Below are positions 16,740 to 27,205 of a stretch of DNA of 64,000 bases, piece by piece. The stretch is from Dehalococcoidia bacterium (GTDB lineage: Bacteria > Chloroflexota > Dehalococcoidia > Lucifugimonadales > JAGWBF01): NCBI GenBank assembly GCA_965116325.1, contig OZ220675.1, positions 833,536 to 897,535 of the forward strand, in the 5' to 3' direction. The notes beneath the pieces are model-generated. The model saw nothing but the letters and a program-made list of their open reading frames with translations. It had not been told where the DNA came from and did not search any database. Position 1 is the stretch's first letter. The number at the start of each line of letters is the position of its first letter. The position numbers and the translations under genes were made by a program.

Positions 16740-16781
16740 GCCTACACAACCTTACTGCTAGCGAAAGAGCCGGACGTATAT

Positions 16782-16858
16782 GCCCGGCTCTTTTTGTGTG
16801 TGCTCCTTAGCCTCTGGATAGTGGAAGGAGAGGTGTTTTTACCATTGGGAATCGGTGG
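16782..16858. repeat. direct repeat copy B (16S-proximal)
   Basis: See copy A. Offset is 726 bp, and the TA pair is the only content between the copies. Confidence 0.9.
16796..16835 (-). other. 3' strand of the pre-16S leader-trailer (RNase III-type) processing helix
   Basis: On the rRNA-sense strand it reads CACCUCUCCUUCCACUAUCCAGAGGCUAAGGAGCACACAC. This pairs with leader GUGUGCUC...CUGGAUAGUGGAAGGAAAGGU as 8 bp + internal loop + 16 bp + 4 bp. Confidence 0.6.
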
Positions 16859-17008
16859 GCTTTCTCAGGGGACTGCCTTCCGTGAGCCGGGGAGCTTGCG
16901 CTCAACCATCTGGCCCGGGAGTGACAGAACACCCACCGAACGACCTAGGAGGTGGACCGGCACCCATCGGGCCTCAAGGACCCGGAAAAGGTGTCGATCG
17001 TAGCTCCC

Positions 17009-18526
<1,518 letters not shown>

Positions 18527-18530
18527 GAAA

Positions 18531-18572
18531 CCTTACCTTTCCTTCCACTATCCAGTTGTTAACGAGCACACA
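18531..18572 (-). other. 5' strand of the pre-16S processing helix (leader)
   Basis: Complementary to 16796-16835, and equally to the duplicate at 16070-16109. Lies immediately upstream of the mature 5' end. Confidence 0.6.
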
Positions 18573-18607
18573 TGTTCCCACGCAGGTTCCCCTGCGGTAA
18601 GAAGGTG

Positions 18608-18636
18608 ATGATATATGCTGCCTCAACCCCTGTCAA
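18608..18636 (-). promoter_or_regulatory. candidate 16S rRNA promoter
   Basis: On the minus strand: TTGACA (18636-18631), 17 nt, TATCAT (18613-18608), about 80 nt upstream of mature 16S. Confidence 0.55.
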
Positions 18637-18705
18637 GGGGTATGACCGCGAGAGGGGAGGGAGAATGGCGACGACGCCTAATTGCGGGTTAGGGGTTAAG
18701 TCCGC

Positions 18706-20340
18706 TTACAGAGCAGCCGCGTGGCCGTCGCCACGGGGGTCGGAAGCGCCGATGAGCACACCACGGGAGTTGTCCCGCATGATGAGCTGCACCTTCCCCA
18801 GCATGCCCCCACGGCCCGAGGGATATGAGACGCTGTGCCCCATCCTCACCAGGGCTTCGCTGGTCTCCCGGGGGAATTCGGGCTCAGGAGTAAACTCCAG
18901 GGGCGCTTCGATGGTCCCCGGGTCGGAGCCCGGATAGCTCGCCCACCGGGGCGCATCCACCGCCTCCTGGGGCGCCATGCCATGGTCCAGCAGGTTGGAG
19001 ACGATCTGGGCGTTGACCTGCACCTGGTAGTCACCCCCAGGTGTCCCGCCGGCGACCAGCGGCTGGTCCCCATCGAACACCATGTAGCAGTTGAGGGTGT
19101 GCATGGTGCGCCTTCCCGGGCCCACAAGGTTCGGGTGGCCCTCCTCCAGGCTGAAACCCCGTCCGCCCCGGTTGTTGAAAAGAATCCCCGTGTTGCCGGC
19201 GATGAAGCCGGACCCATATCGGTTGGACAAGCTGTGAATGAAGGAGACCATGTTTCCATCGCCGTCGGCCACGCAGAAGTAGGTGGTGTCTCCGCTTCGC
19301 TCGGCCGGAACTTTGACTGATTCATCCTCCCGCACACGGAGGGGGTCGATAAGCGCCCTGCGCCGGTCGGCATGCTCCATGGATATGAGCATATCCAGGG
19401 GAAAGTCCACGTAGCGGGGGTCTCCCGCGTGCTGGTTCCGGTCCTCGAAGGCCAGCTTCTTGGACTCCACCATAAGATGGACACCCTGGGGGCTGTTGAA
19501 GCCCATGGGACCCAGGTCGAACCCGTTCATCAGGTTCAGCATGGACAGGTGGATCAACCCTTGAGAGGGGGGCCTGGTCTGGTACACAGCATGGCCCCGG
19601 TAGGTCGTGCTGATAGGAGGTTCGTATACCTCCGTCTGGTGGCCGGCAAAGTCCTCCAGGGTGAAGGGTGCGCCCGCCTCTTGCAGGGCCTCCACCATCT
19701 CGGCCGCCAAGCTTCCCCGGTAGAACTCCTCGGCGCCGCCCTCGGCGACCCGTTCAAGAGCCCTGGCCATATCTCCCAGCACTATCACATCCCCCTGACC
19801 ATAGGGGTCGCCGTTCCGGGTCATAACGTTACGGGTGGAAGGATAGCGGGACAACAAATCCAGGGACGCGCTGTAGGATGGAGCGCAGCTTGGTAGGAGG
19901 GGATGGCCGTCCCTGGCGTAACCGATGGCAGGGGCGAGGAGCTGGCCCATGGGCAGGGTGCAGTACCCCTCGTGGAGGGTCTCCCAGGCGGCCACCTCGC
20001 CCGGCACAGTGATGGAGAGGGGACCCCTGAGGGGCATCTTGACGTAGCCCTGGGAGCGGAAGAAGTCGGGGGTAGCCCCTGACGGCGCTCCACCGCTTCC
20101 GTTCAGCCCAATAACCCTACCCGAGGCAGCGTGGTACAGGATGGCGAAGGTGTCGCCACCGAGGCCGCAGCTCGTCTGGATAGTCACCGTTTCGGCTGCC
20201 GCCGTGGCTATGGCGGCATCGAAGGCGTTTCCACCTTGAAGCAGGATGTTGATTCCAGCCGAGGCGGCCAGGGGAGAAGCCGAGCACACCATCCCCTTCT
20301 GCCCCAGGGCCGGACTACGAGTCACACCTTGAACAGCCAT
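18706..20340 (-). CDS. ggt: gamma-glutamyltransferase
   Basis: Autoprocessing/catalytic Thr context SGDTTYFCVADGDGNMVSFIHSL, plus PGGDYQ and other GGT family blocks. Confidence 0.9.
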   Translation of the reverse strand: MAVQGVTRSPALGQKGMVCSASPLAASAGINILLQGGNAFDAAIATAAAETVTIQTSCGLGGDTFAILYHAASGRVIGLNGSGGAPSGATPDFFRSQGYVKMPLRGPLSITVPGEVAAWETLHEGYCTLPMGQLLAPAIGYARDGHPLLPSCAPSYSASLDLLSRYPSTRNVMTRNGDPYGQGDVIVLGDMARALERVAEGGAEEFYRGSLAAEMVEALQEAGAPFTLEDFAGHQTEVYEPPISTTYRGHAVYQTRPPSQGLIHLSMLNLMNGFDLGPMGFNSPQGVHLMVESKKLAFEDRNQHAGDPRYVDFPLDMLISMEHADRRRALIDPLRVREDESVKVPAERSGDTTYFCVADGDGNMVSFIHSLSNRYGSGFIAGNTGILFNNRGGRGFSLEEGHPNLVGPGRRTMHTLNCYMVFDGDQPLVAGGTPGGDYQVQVNAQIVSNLLDHGMAPQEAVDAPRWASYPGSDPGTIEAPLEFTPEPEFPRETSEALVRMGHSVSYPSGRGGMLGKVQLIMRDNSRGVLIGASDPRGDGHAAAL

Positions 20341-20504
20341 AGAAGCCCTCCTGTGAGAGCATGGGGTCCAGCTATCAGGCAGTTTAGGTTCGCTTCAGCA
20401 GGGGTGTCAAGGCAGCTAGCGCCGGGAGATGCCCCCGGCATAAACAGTTGCAAAACCTGTAGACGAAATGTACCTTTAGCCGAACCACATCGGGGGAGCG
20501 CAGA

Positions 20505-20903
20505 TTGGTCCAGGTAGCTAGAAGGTTCTACGACGAGATGATCGCCCACGCCCTGGAAGACGACTCCATCGAGTGCTGCGGGGTGCTGGCCGGGACCGAA
20601 GGGAGCTTCCTGAAGCTGTACCGAATGACCAACGTGGAGAACAGCCCCTACCGGTTCAGCTGGGACCCCAAGGAGCTGCTCCCGGTATGGAATGACATGG
20701 AAGACAACAACTGGGAGCACCGGGCGGTGTACCACTCTCACACCCACTCAGAAGCCTACCCATCCAGCACCGACGTACGGCTGGCGGCATGGCCCGAGGC
20801 CTACTACATGATCGTGTCACTGATGGACAAGAACAGCCCCGATGTGCGGGCCTTTCGCATCGTTGATGACACCATCACCGAGGAGCCTCTGGAGGTAACC
20901 TAG
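20505..20903 (+). CDS. JAMM/MPN+ (Mov34) family metallopeptidase
   Basis: ECCGVLAG and JAMM motif HSHTHSEAYPSSTD (HxHx7Sx2D). TTG start 6 nt after GGGGGAG. Confidence 0.85.
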   Translation: MVQVARRFYDEMIAHALEDDSIECCGVLAGTEGSFLKLYRMTNVENSPYRFSWDPKELLPVWNDMEDNNWEHRAVYHSHTHSEAYPSSTDVRLAAWPEAYYMIVSLMDKNSPDVRAFRIVDDTITEEPLEVT

Positions 20904-20905
20904 GA

Positions 20906-22009
20906 CTAGAGGGCCGACAGGACCTGGTCGCCCATCTCTTCAGTGCTCACCCGCTTGATGCCCCGCCCGGCGGATGCTTCGGCAATATCGGCGGTGCGAT
21001 AACCCTTCCCAAGCACATCCTCCACAGCCTTCTCCACGACAGATGCTTCTTCGGTCAGCCCCAGGGAGTACCGCATCAGCAGGGCGACGCTGAACATGGT
21101 CGCGATGGGGTTGGCTATCCCCTGCCCGGCGATGTCCGGGGCCGAGCCGTGGATGGGTTCGTACAGCCCGATGGCCCTTCCCCCATCGGTGGGCACATCC
21201 GCCAAGCTGGCTGAAGGCAGCAGGCCCATGGATGCGGCCAGGATGCCCGCTTCGTCGGTCAGGATATCTCCGAAGGTGTTCTCGGTGACGATAACGTCGA
21301 ACCGAGAAGGTCGCTGGACAAGCTGCATGGCGCAGGTATCCACCAGCATGTGCTCCAGCTCCACGTCAGCGTAACGAGAGGCCATATCGGTGGCGGTCTG
21401 CCTCCACAGTCGAGATGTTTCCAGCACGTTGGCCTTGTCCACAGAGGTCAGCTTGCCCCTTCGCCGGCGGGCCAGCTCGAAGCCTACCCTGAGCACCCGC
21501 TCGATCTCGGCCTGGGAGTAGCGCATGGTGTCCACGCTGGTCCAGCCCTGCCGGGTACGGCGTCGCCCCTTGGGCTTGGCATAATAGAGGCCGCCTGTGA
21601 GCTCCCGGACCACCAGCATATCCACATCCTGCAGCACCGAGGGCTTTATGACGCTGGCATCCACCATGTCGGGAAGGACCTTGACGGGGCGCAGGTTGGC
21701 GAACACCGAAAGGCCCTTGCGGATGCCCAGGATGCCGTCCTCGGGGCGCACTTTCGCCTGGGGGTCGTCCCACTTGGGTCCCCCCACCGCACCGAAGAGG
21801 ACAGCCTCGTATCCTGCGGCTGCCTCTATGGTGCTTTCCCGGAGGGCCACCCCATGTTTGTCGATGGCCGCTCCGCCAACATCATCGTAGGACAGCTCGA
21901 AGCGGTGGCCGAAACGGCTCCCGACTTTCTCCAGCACCCGGACACCCTGTTGCACCACCTCGGGGCCGATACCGTCGCCGGGCAACACAAGAATCCTGAA
22001 CTCCATCAT
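20906..22009 (-). CDS. leuB: 3-isopropylmalate dehydrogenase
   Basis: ILVLPGDGIGPEV, LFGAVGGPKWD, NLRP, VRELTGGLYY and GSAPDIAGQGIANP are hallmark blocks. Confidence 0.93.
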   Translation of the reverse strand: MMEFRILVLPGDGIGPEVVQQGVRVLEKVGSRFGHRFELSYDDVGGAAIDKHGVALRESTIEAAAGYEAVLFGAVGGPKWDDPQAKVRPEDGILGIRKGLSVFANLRPVKVLPDMVDASVIKPSVLQDVDMLVVRELTGGLYYAKPKGRRRTRQGWTSVDTMRYSQAEIERVLRVGFELARRRRGKLTSVDKANVLETSRLWRQTATDMASRYADVELEHMLVDTCAMQLVQRPSRFDVIVTENTFGDILTDEAGILAASMGLLPSASLADVPTDGGRAIGLYEPIHGSAPDIAGQGIANPIATMFSVALLMRYSLGLTEEASVVEKAVEDVLGKGYRTADIAEASAGRGIKRVSTEEMGDQVLSAL

Positions 22010-22125
22010 TACCCTCCCAGAGCAGTTCCCAAAGGGGCCGACCCTCCCTTGCCGGGCCGAGGCGGACAGCCGTCATTATACCCTTCACGGGCAACACGGA
22101 AGGCCAGAGATGGCTCCTGTTTACC

Positions 22126-22154
22126 TTGACACTCAAAGCTGGTGAAGATATCAT
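22126..22154 (+). promoter_or_regulatory. candidate rny promoter
   Basis: TTGACA (22126-31), 17 nt, TATCAT (22149-54), the same hexamer pair as upstream of 16S. About 80 nt before the GTG at 22237. Confidence 0.5.
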
Positions 22155-22236
22155 TGGGCCTGTTAAGAGCTACCCTGGGACAAGTGTGTCCGGAATCTTG
22201 GGCTCTTAAATTTAGTATCTGGGCGGAAAGGAAAAG

Positions 22237-23721
22237 GTGATTCGCTTGAACCCGTTTAGATTCCTGTCCGACCTGGCGGGCACTGGAAGACTTAGGCGCG
22301 CACAAGAAGAAGCCAATCAAGTATTGGAAGCGGCCGAAGAGCAAAAACGTAGTATCTTGCTGGAAGCTCGTGAGGAGGCGGTAAAGACAAGGACCTCTGT
22401 AGAAAGCGACCTGAAGGAACGAAGAAAGGAAGTACAGAGGCAGGAACGAAGGGTCAGCCAGAGAGAGGAAAACCTGGAGGAGAAGCTCCAGTCCCTGGCT
22501 GACAAGGAACAAGGCCTGAAGTCCAAGGAGGATGACCTGTCCAAGGTGCGAGAGGAGCTGGTCCAGCTCAAGGAAGACCAGCTAAAGCAGTTGGAGGAGA
22601 CAGCCAGGCTCTCCTACAACGATGCAAAGGACATCCTTTTAAAGAAGGCTGAAGACGGGGTGAAGCACGAGCTCGCCCGACGTTACTACGAGCTGGAAAA
22701 ACAGACCAAGGAAGAAGCAGACCAGAAAGCCCGCAGGGTCATAACCATGGCTATCAACCGGCTGGCGACCGACGTGGTCTCCGAGAGCACCACCTCGGTT
22801 GTGCAGCTGCCCAACGACGAGATGAAGGGGCGCCTCATCGGGCGCGAAGGCCGGAACATCAAGGTGCTGGAGAGCCTCACAGGGGTGGATGTCATTATCG
22901 ACGATACCCCTGGCGTGGTGACCGTTTCATGCTTTGACCCTGTACGCAGGGAAACGGCCCGCCTGACCCTGGAGAAGCTGGTGGCCGATGGCCGCATACA
23001 GCCTGCCCGAATCGAAGAGATGGTCGAGCGTACCCAGAACGAGATGGACGAGACCATGCAGAGGGAGGGCGAGAAAGCTGTCCTGGAAGCGGGAGTTACG
23101 GGACTGAACCCGGACCTCGTCAAGCTCCTGGGCCGGCTGAAGTACCGCTACAGCTACGGCGAAAACCAGCTCCACCATGCTGTGGAAGTGTCATTGCTGT
23201 CGGGCATGATGGCGGCTGAGATAGGCGCCAACATCGAGGTTGCTAAGGCTGGCGGACTGCTCCACGACATCGGTAAGGCCCTCACCCACGAGGTGGAAGG
23301 TCCCCACGCCGAGATAGGCGCCGAGGTGGCGCGGAGATACGGGATCCACCCCGAAGTGCACAGGGCCATCATGGAGCACCACGACGAAGACCGGGGGTCG
23401 GTGGAGGCGTTTCTTGTAGCCACCGCCGATGCCATCAGCGCGGCCAGGCCGGGCTCCCGCAAGGAGACCCTGGAGCACTACGTCAAGAGACTCGAGGACC
23501 TGGAGAACGTAGCATCCAGCTTCCCCGGCATCGAGAAGGCCTTTGCCATCCAGGCAGGCCGGGAAGTACGCATCATGGTGAAGCCGGACAACGTGGATGA
23601 TGTGGCTGCTTCCAACATGGCTCGAGACGTCGCCAAGAAGATACAGGACGACCTGGTCTTCCCAGGGCAGATCAAGGTTACCGTAATAAGAGAAATCCGG
23701 AACGTAGAGTACGCCAGGTAG
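22237..23721 (+). CDS. rny: ribonuclease Y (no N-terminal membrane anchor apparent)
   Basis: Coiled-coil region, KH domain ([26 protein letters not shown]) and HD domain (HHAVEVSLL...LLHDIGKA). An in-frame TAG at 22213-15 prevents any longer N terminus. Confidence 0.93.
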   Translation: MIRLNPFRFLSDLAGTGRLRRAQEEANQVLEAAEEQKRSILLEAREEAVKTRTSVESDLKERRKEVQRQERRVSQREENLEEKLQSLADKEQGLKSKEDDLSKVREELVQLKEDQLKQLEETARLSYNDAKDILLKKAEDGVKHELARRYYELEKQTKEEADQKARRVITMAINRLATDVVSESTTSVVQLPNDEMKGRLIGREGRNIKVLESLTGVDVIIDDTPGVVTVSCFDPVRRETARLTLEKLVADGRIQPARIEEMVERTQNEMDETMQREGEKAVLEAGVTGLNPDLVKLLGRLKYRYSYGENQLHHAVEVSLLSGMMAAEIGANIEVAKAGGLLHDIGKALTHEVEGPHAEIGAEVARRYGIHPEVHRAIMEHHDEDRGSVEAFLVATADAISAARPGSRKETLEHYVKRLEDLENVASSFPGIEKAFAIQAGREVRIMVKPDNVDDVAASNMARDVAKKIQDDLVFPGQIKVTVIREIRNVEYAR

Positions 23722-23774
23722 CCGGGCGGTCACACTCTCGGACGGGCAAAGCTACGCGAAAGGAGCCCGGAGGA

Positions 23775-23806
23775 CAATGGGTGGTAGGGAATCCTACCAC
23801 CCATTG
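23775..23806 (+). terminator. strong stem-loop downstream of rny (no U-tract)
   Basis: Perfect 14-bp stem CAATGGGTGGTAGG / CCTACCACCCATTG with loop GAAT, followed by CACAACTGG rather than Ts. Confidence 0.35.
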
Positions 23807-23890
23807 CACAACTGGCGCCCAACACATAAGATACAACGTTCTTCATCGGGCACCGGAACATTTCCCGGGCCCCGACCAGGATAGGATACG

Positions 23891-24679
23891 TTGCGCATAC
23901 TCATGATCGGTGATGTGGTTGGCAAGCCGGGGCGCAGGGCCATCGAGACCCTGGTTCCCAGCATGCGCCGGGAGCTTGCCATCGACTTTGTCATTGCCAA
24001 CGGCGAGAACTCGGCCGGAGGCTTCGGTATCACCCCAAGCACAGCTCGGGACCTGCTGGATGCCGAGGTGGACGTCATCACCTCCGGCAACCACATCTGG
24101 AAGCACAAAGAGATCGTCCCATACATCAATGGCGAGTGGCCCTTGATCCGGCCCGCCAACTATCCCAGCGAAAGTCCCGGCAGGGGGTACATCAGGATTG
24201 CCGACACGGCGGTGATCAACCTCATGGGCCGGGTCTTCATGAACACCTTGGACTGTCCCTTCCGCACCGTCGACCGCATCCTGGAGAACCTGAACACAGG
24301 TGATGCACCCAAGTTCATCTTGGTGGACTTCCACGCCGAGGCCACGTCCGAGAAGCAGGCCATGGGGTGGTACCTTGACGGGCGGGTCAGCGCCGTGGTC
24401 GGCACCCACACCCATGTGGCGACGGCAGACACCAGGGTGCTCCCAGGGGGCACAGGGTTCGTGACCGACTTGGGCATGACCGGCCCCCAAAACTCGGTCA
24501 TAGGCTGCCAGGTTCCCATAGTCCTGGAGCAGTTCCTCTCCCAGATGCCGGTCCGTCTTGCCGTCGCCGACGGTCCAGGGCCCGCTATTCTAAATGCGGT
24601 GGTCGTAGAGCTGGATGCTGCATCAGGCCGGGCTGTGAGCATCCAGCGCGCAGACCGCACCATCGAGTTCGACGACTAG
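23891..24679 (+). CDS. ymdB: YmdB-type metallophosphoesterase (TIGR00282 family)
   Basis: MRILMIGDVVGKPGRRA...ANGENSAGGFGIT...DFHAEATSEK. The rny-ymdB adjacency is conserved in many bacteria. Confidence 0.9.
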   Translation: MRILMIGDVVGKPGRRAIETLVPSMRRELAIDFVIANGENSAGGFGITPSTARDLLDAEVDVITSGNHIWKHKEIVPYINGEWPLIRPANYPSESPGRGYIRIADTAVINLMGRVFMNTLDCPFRTVDRILENLNTGDAPKFILVDFHAEATSEKQAMGWYLDGRVSAVVGTHTHVATADTRVLPGGTGFVTDLGMTGPQNSVIGCQVPIVLEQFLSQMPVRLAVADGPGPAILNAVVVELDAASGRAVSIQRADRTIEFDD

Positions 24680-25513
24680 ATGGCTCTCGTCGATCTGCAC
24701 CTCCACACGACCGCTTCCGACGGTCGCCTGTCTCCCACCGAGCTGGTGAACCTGGCCGCCAGCCAGAACGTGCAGTTCATGGCAGTCACGGACCATGACT
24801 CCACCGACGGCCTGGAGGAAGCCTTTGCCGCCGCCCGGAGCTTCGACGGGATGGAAATCATCCCCGGCATAGAGTTGGGGACCGACATCCCAGGGACCGA
24901 AGTCCATATGCTGGCCTACTTCATCCAGCACAACAGGCCGGACCTCCAGGAGGAGCTAAAGCGCCTCCGCGCGGGCCGGCAGGACCGCGCTAGGGGCATG
25001 GTGGAAAAGCTGACGGAGCTGGGATTCCCAATGGACTGGGAGCGGGTGCAGGAGATCGCCGGCGACGGCGCCGTCGGACGGCCCCACGTAGCCCAAGCCA
25101 TGGTGGAGCGGGGCTACGTTAGCGAAACCAAAGAGGCCTTTGACAAGTACATCGGGAGAAGCTGCCCCGCCTACGTAGAGCGGGAGAAGATGACCCCCGC
25201 TGAGTCCATAAAGCTGATCAAGTCCTGGGGAGGCGTTCCCGTGCTGGCCCACCCGATCTACATTCCCAACTTTGAATCCATCCTGGGGGAGCTGGTGGAC
25301 GCGGGCCTTTCAGGGGTAGAAGTGTACTACGCCAAGTGCACGCCGGAGCAGATCGACCAGGTTGCCAGCCTGGCCACGGAGTACGGCCTCCTCCCATGCG
25401 GAGGCAGCGACTACCACGGCAACGACAGCAAGGACGAGCCTCTGCCCGGCTCGATGGGTCCGTCTGTAGAAGTAGTGGAACAGCTCCGGCAGTTGGCAAC
25501 GCCCGGATACTGA
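24680..25513 (+). CDS. PHP-domain phosphoesterase (TrpH/YciV-like)
   Basis: VDLHLHTTASDG, MAVTDHDS, LAHP and GGSDYHG motifs. The ATG directly follows the ymdB stop. Confidence 0.85.
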   Translation: MALVDLHLHTTASDGRLSPTELVNLAASQNVQFMAVTDHDSTDGLEEAFAAARSFDGMEIIPGIELGTDIPGTEVHMLAYFIQHNRPDLQEELKRLRAGRQDRARGMVEKLTELGFPMDWERVQEIAGDGAVGRPHVAQAMVERGYVSETKEAFDKYIGRSCPAYVEREKMTPAESIKLIKSWGGVPVLAHPIYIPNFESILGELVDAGLSGVEVYYAKCTPEQIDQVASLATEYGLLPCGGSDYHGNDSKDEPLPGSMGPSVEVVEQLRQLATPGY

Positions 25514-25546
25514 GCGCCCCAAAGAGGACTGATAGGGAATTGGCCG

Positions 25547-26233
25547 ATGGAACTGGCAGCCCTCTACATCTACGCTTATCTCGTGGGCTCCATACCCACG
25601 GCCTACATCATCGGTCGCCTCGTCCGGGGAATAGATATCCGGGAACACGGCAGCGGGAACGTGGGAGGTTCCAACCTCTACTACAACGTCGGCGGGCGAT
25701 GGGTGTTCCCCCTGGGGGTTGTGGAGCTATTTCTCAAGGGCGGGTCTCCAATCTGGATCGGTATGTGGTGGCTGGACAAGGACACCTCCTCCTTCGCACT
25801 CATCGGGGCCGCCCTCATCGCCATCGCCGGAAACAACTGGTCCTGCTACCTGCGGTTCACGGGCGGTAGGGGGGTTGCCGTAATCTCCGGTACCCTCCTG
25901 GCCCTGGCTTTCTGGCAGCTCCTCCTGTTCATTGGCATAGCCATCGGCGGGTGGGCGCTCTTCCGAAGCTCGGGGGTCTGGGTGCTGATATCTCTGGTCC
26001 TCTTGCCCCTATGGAGTTACCTTCTGGGGGCACCTCTGGCGATAATCTTGTTCTGCGTTGGGCTGGTAGCCCTCACCAGCTTCAAGCGACTGACCGGCAA
26101 CTGGGAGCCTCTGCCCAAGGACTTGCCCAAGCGCCAGGTGTTCTTCAACCGCCTGTTCAGGGACAGGGACTACGCAAGCCGGGACCGGTGGATGGACAGA
26201 ATGCCCAGCCAGGGCGGCGAGGGCATCGGATAG
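25547..26233 (+). CDS. plsY: glycerol-3-phosphate acyltransferase PlsY
   Basis: YLVGSIPTAYIIGRL...HGSGNVGGSN... and a multi-TM profile. Has a C-terminal charged extension of about 40 aa. Confidence 0.85.
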   Translation: MELAALYIYAYLVGSIPTAYIIGRLVRGIDIREHGSGNVGGSNLYYNVGGRWVFPLGVVELFLKGGSPIWIGMWWLDKDTSSFALIGAALIAIAGNNWSCYLRFTGGRGVAVISGTLLALAFWQLLLFIGIAIGGWALFRSSGVWVLISLVLLPLWSYLLGAPLAIILFCVGLVALTSFKRLTGNWEPLPKDLPKRQVFFNRLFRDRDYASRDRWMDRMPSQGGEGIG

Positions 26234-26237
26234 GAAG

Positions 26238-26756
26238 ATGGAGCAGCCTCAACAACACGACGAGTTTGGGGAAGAAGACAGATACCTGAACCGGTGCGCA
26301 TTCCACCCTGGCACTGCAACGGGGCTGGCCTGCGGGAAGTGCGGGAACTACATCTGCACCCAGTGCGTTGTGCAGACGCCGGTGGGGGCTCGCTGCAGGA
26401 ACTGCGCCAGGGTAACCACCCTGCCGACCTTCGACGTGCAGCCTTCCTACTACGTAAGGGCTGTGCTGGCTGGAGGCCTCACCGCCTTGGTGCTGGGCAT
26501 CATCATGCTGATCATCAGGATGAACCTGGGATGGGTCCCATTCCTGTATTCCCTTCTCACCCTGGGCGTGGGTTATGCTGTGGGTGAAGCTATCAGCATC
26601 GCAACCAATCGGAAGCGGGGGACGGGACTGGCCGTTGTGGCAGGCGGCTCCATGTTGGTATTCCTGCTCGTCAGCGGAGTCGTCTTTACGCCTAACATCT
26701 TCCAGTGGTTAGTCCTGGCCCTGGCCATCTATACCGCTGTCATCAGAGTCCGCTAG
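26238..26756 (+). CDS. membrane protein with N-terminal B-box/zinc-ribbon
   Basis: CAFHPGTATGLACGKCGNYICTQCVVQTPVGARCRNC followed by about 4 hydrophobic helices. The 3' end overlaps the recX 3' end by 48 nt (convergent). Confidence 0.55.
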   Translation: MEQPQQHDEFGEEDRYLNRCAFHPGTATGLACGKCGNYICTQCVVQTPVGARCRNCARVTTLPTFDVQPSYYVRAVLAGGLTALVLGIIMLIIRMNLGWVPFLYSLLTLGVGYAVGEAISIATNRKRGTGLAVVAGGSMLVFLLVSGVVFTPNIFQWLVLALAIYTAVIRVR

Positions 26757-27194
26757 CTCCCGCCATAGTTCATCCACTACCCGTATGGCTATGCCCCTGG
26801 AGAATCCCCTGCGCGCCAGGTAACCGGACAGCCTTCTGCGGAACGCAGCTTCGTCCAACCCAGCCAGCCTAAGGGAGGCCATTGCGGCCGCCCGGCGCGC
26901 GTTATCCTCTTCGTCGTAACCCTCCAGGGCTTCTTCCACCACATCCCGGGCCACTCCCATCCTGAGAAGTTCGTAGCTCACCAGCCTCCCGCTGCGGGGA
27001 CGATGGGACTCCCGGTCGCGGCGCCAGTGGGAGGCAAACTCCAGATCGTTCAGGAGGTCACGTTCCTTCAGGTAGCTGACCGCGCGCTCGACATCATCTA
27101 TGGAGAAACGCCTCGATAGGCGGCGTCGCACCTCATCTTCGCTGCGGGGACGATACGAGATAAAGCGCAGGGCTGCGCCAAGGACATCTGCCAT
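26709..27194 (-). CDS. recX: recombination regulator RecX
   Basis: AALRFISYRPRSEDEVRRRL ... LLNDLEFASHW ... repeated three-helix pattern. Lies 11 nt downstream of recA. Confidence 0.85.
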   Translation of the reverse strand: MADVLGAALRFISYRPRSEDEVRRRLSRRFSIDDVERAVSYLKERDLLNDLEFASHWRRDRESHRPRSGRLVSYELLRMGVARDVVEEALEGYDEEDNARRAAAMASLRLAGLDEAAFRRRLSGYLARRGFSRGIAIRVVDELWRELADSDDSGIDGQGQD

Positions 27195-27205
27195 GGCTTA
27201 TCGGC

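Noticed and set aside
22009-22512. 167-aa minus-strand ORF spanning the leuB-rny intergenic region
   Set aside because: It overlaps the rny 5' coding region antisense and the proposed rny promoter. It has a leucine/serine-rich shadow composition and no start context.
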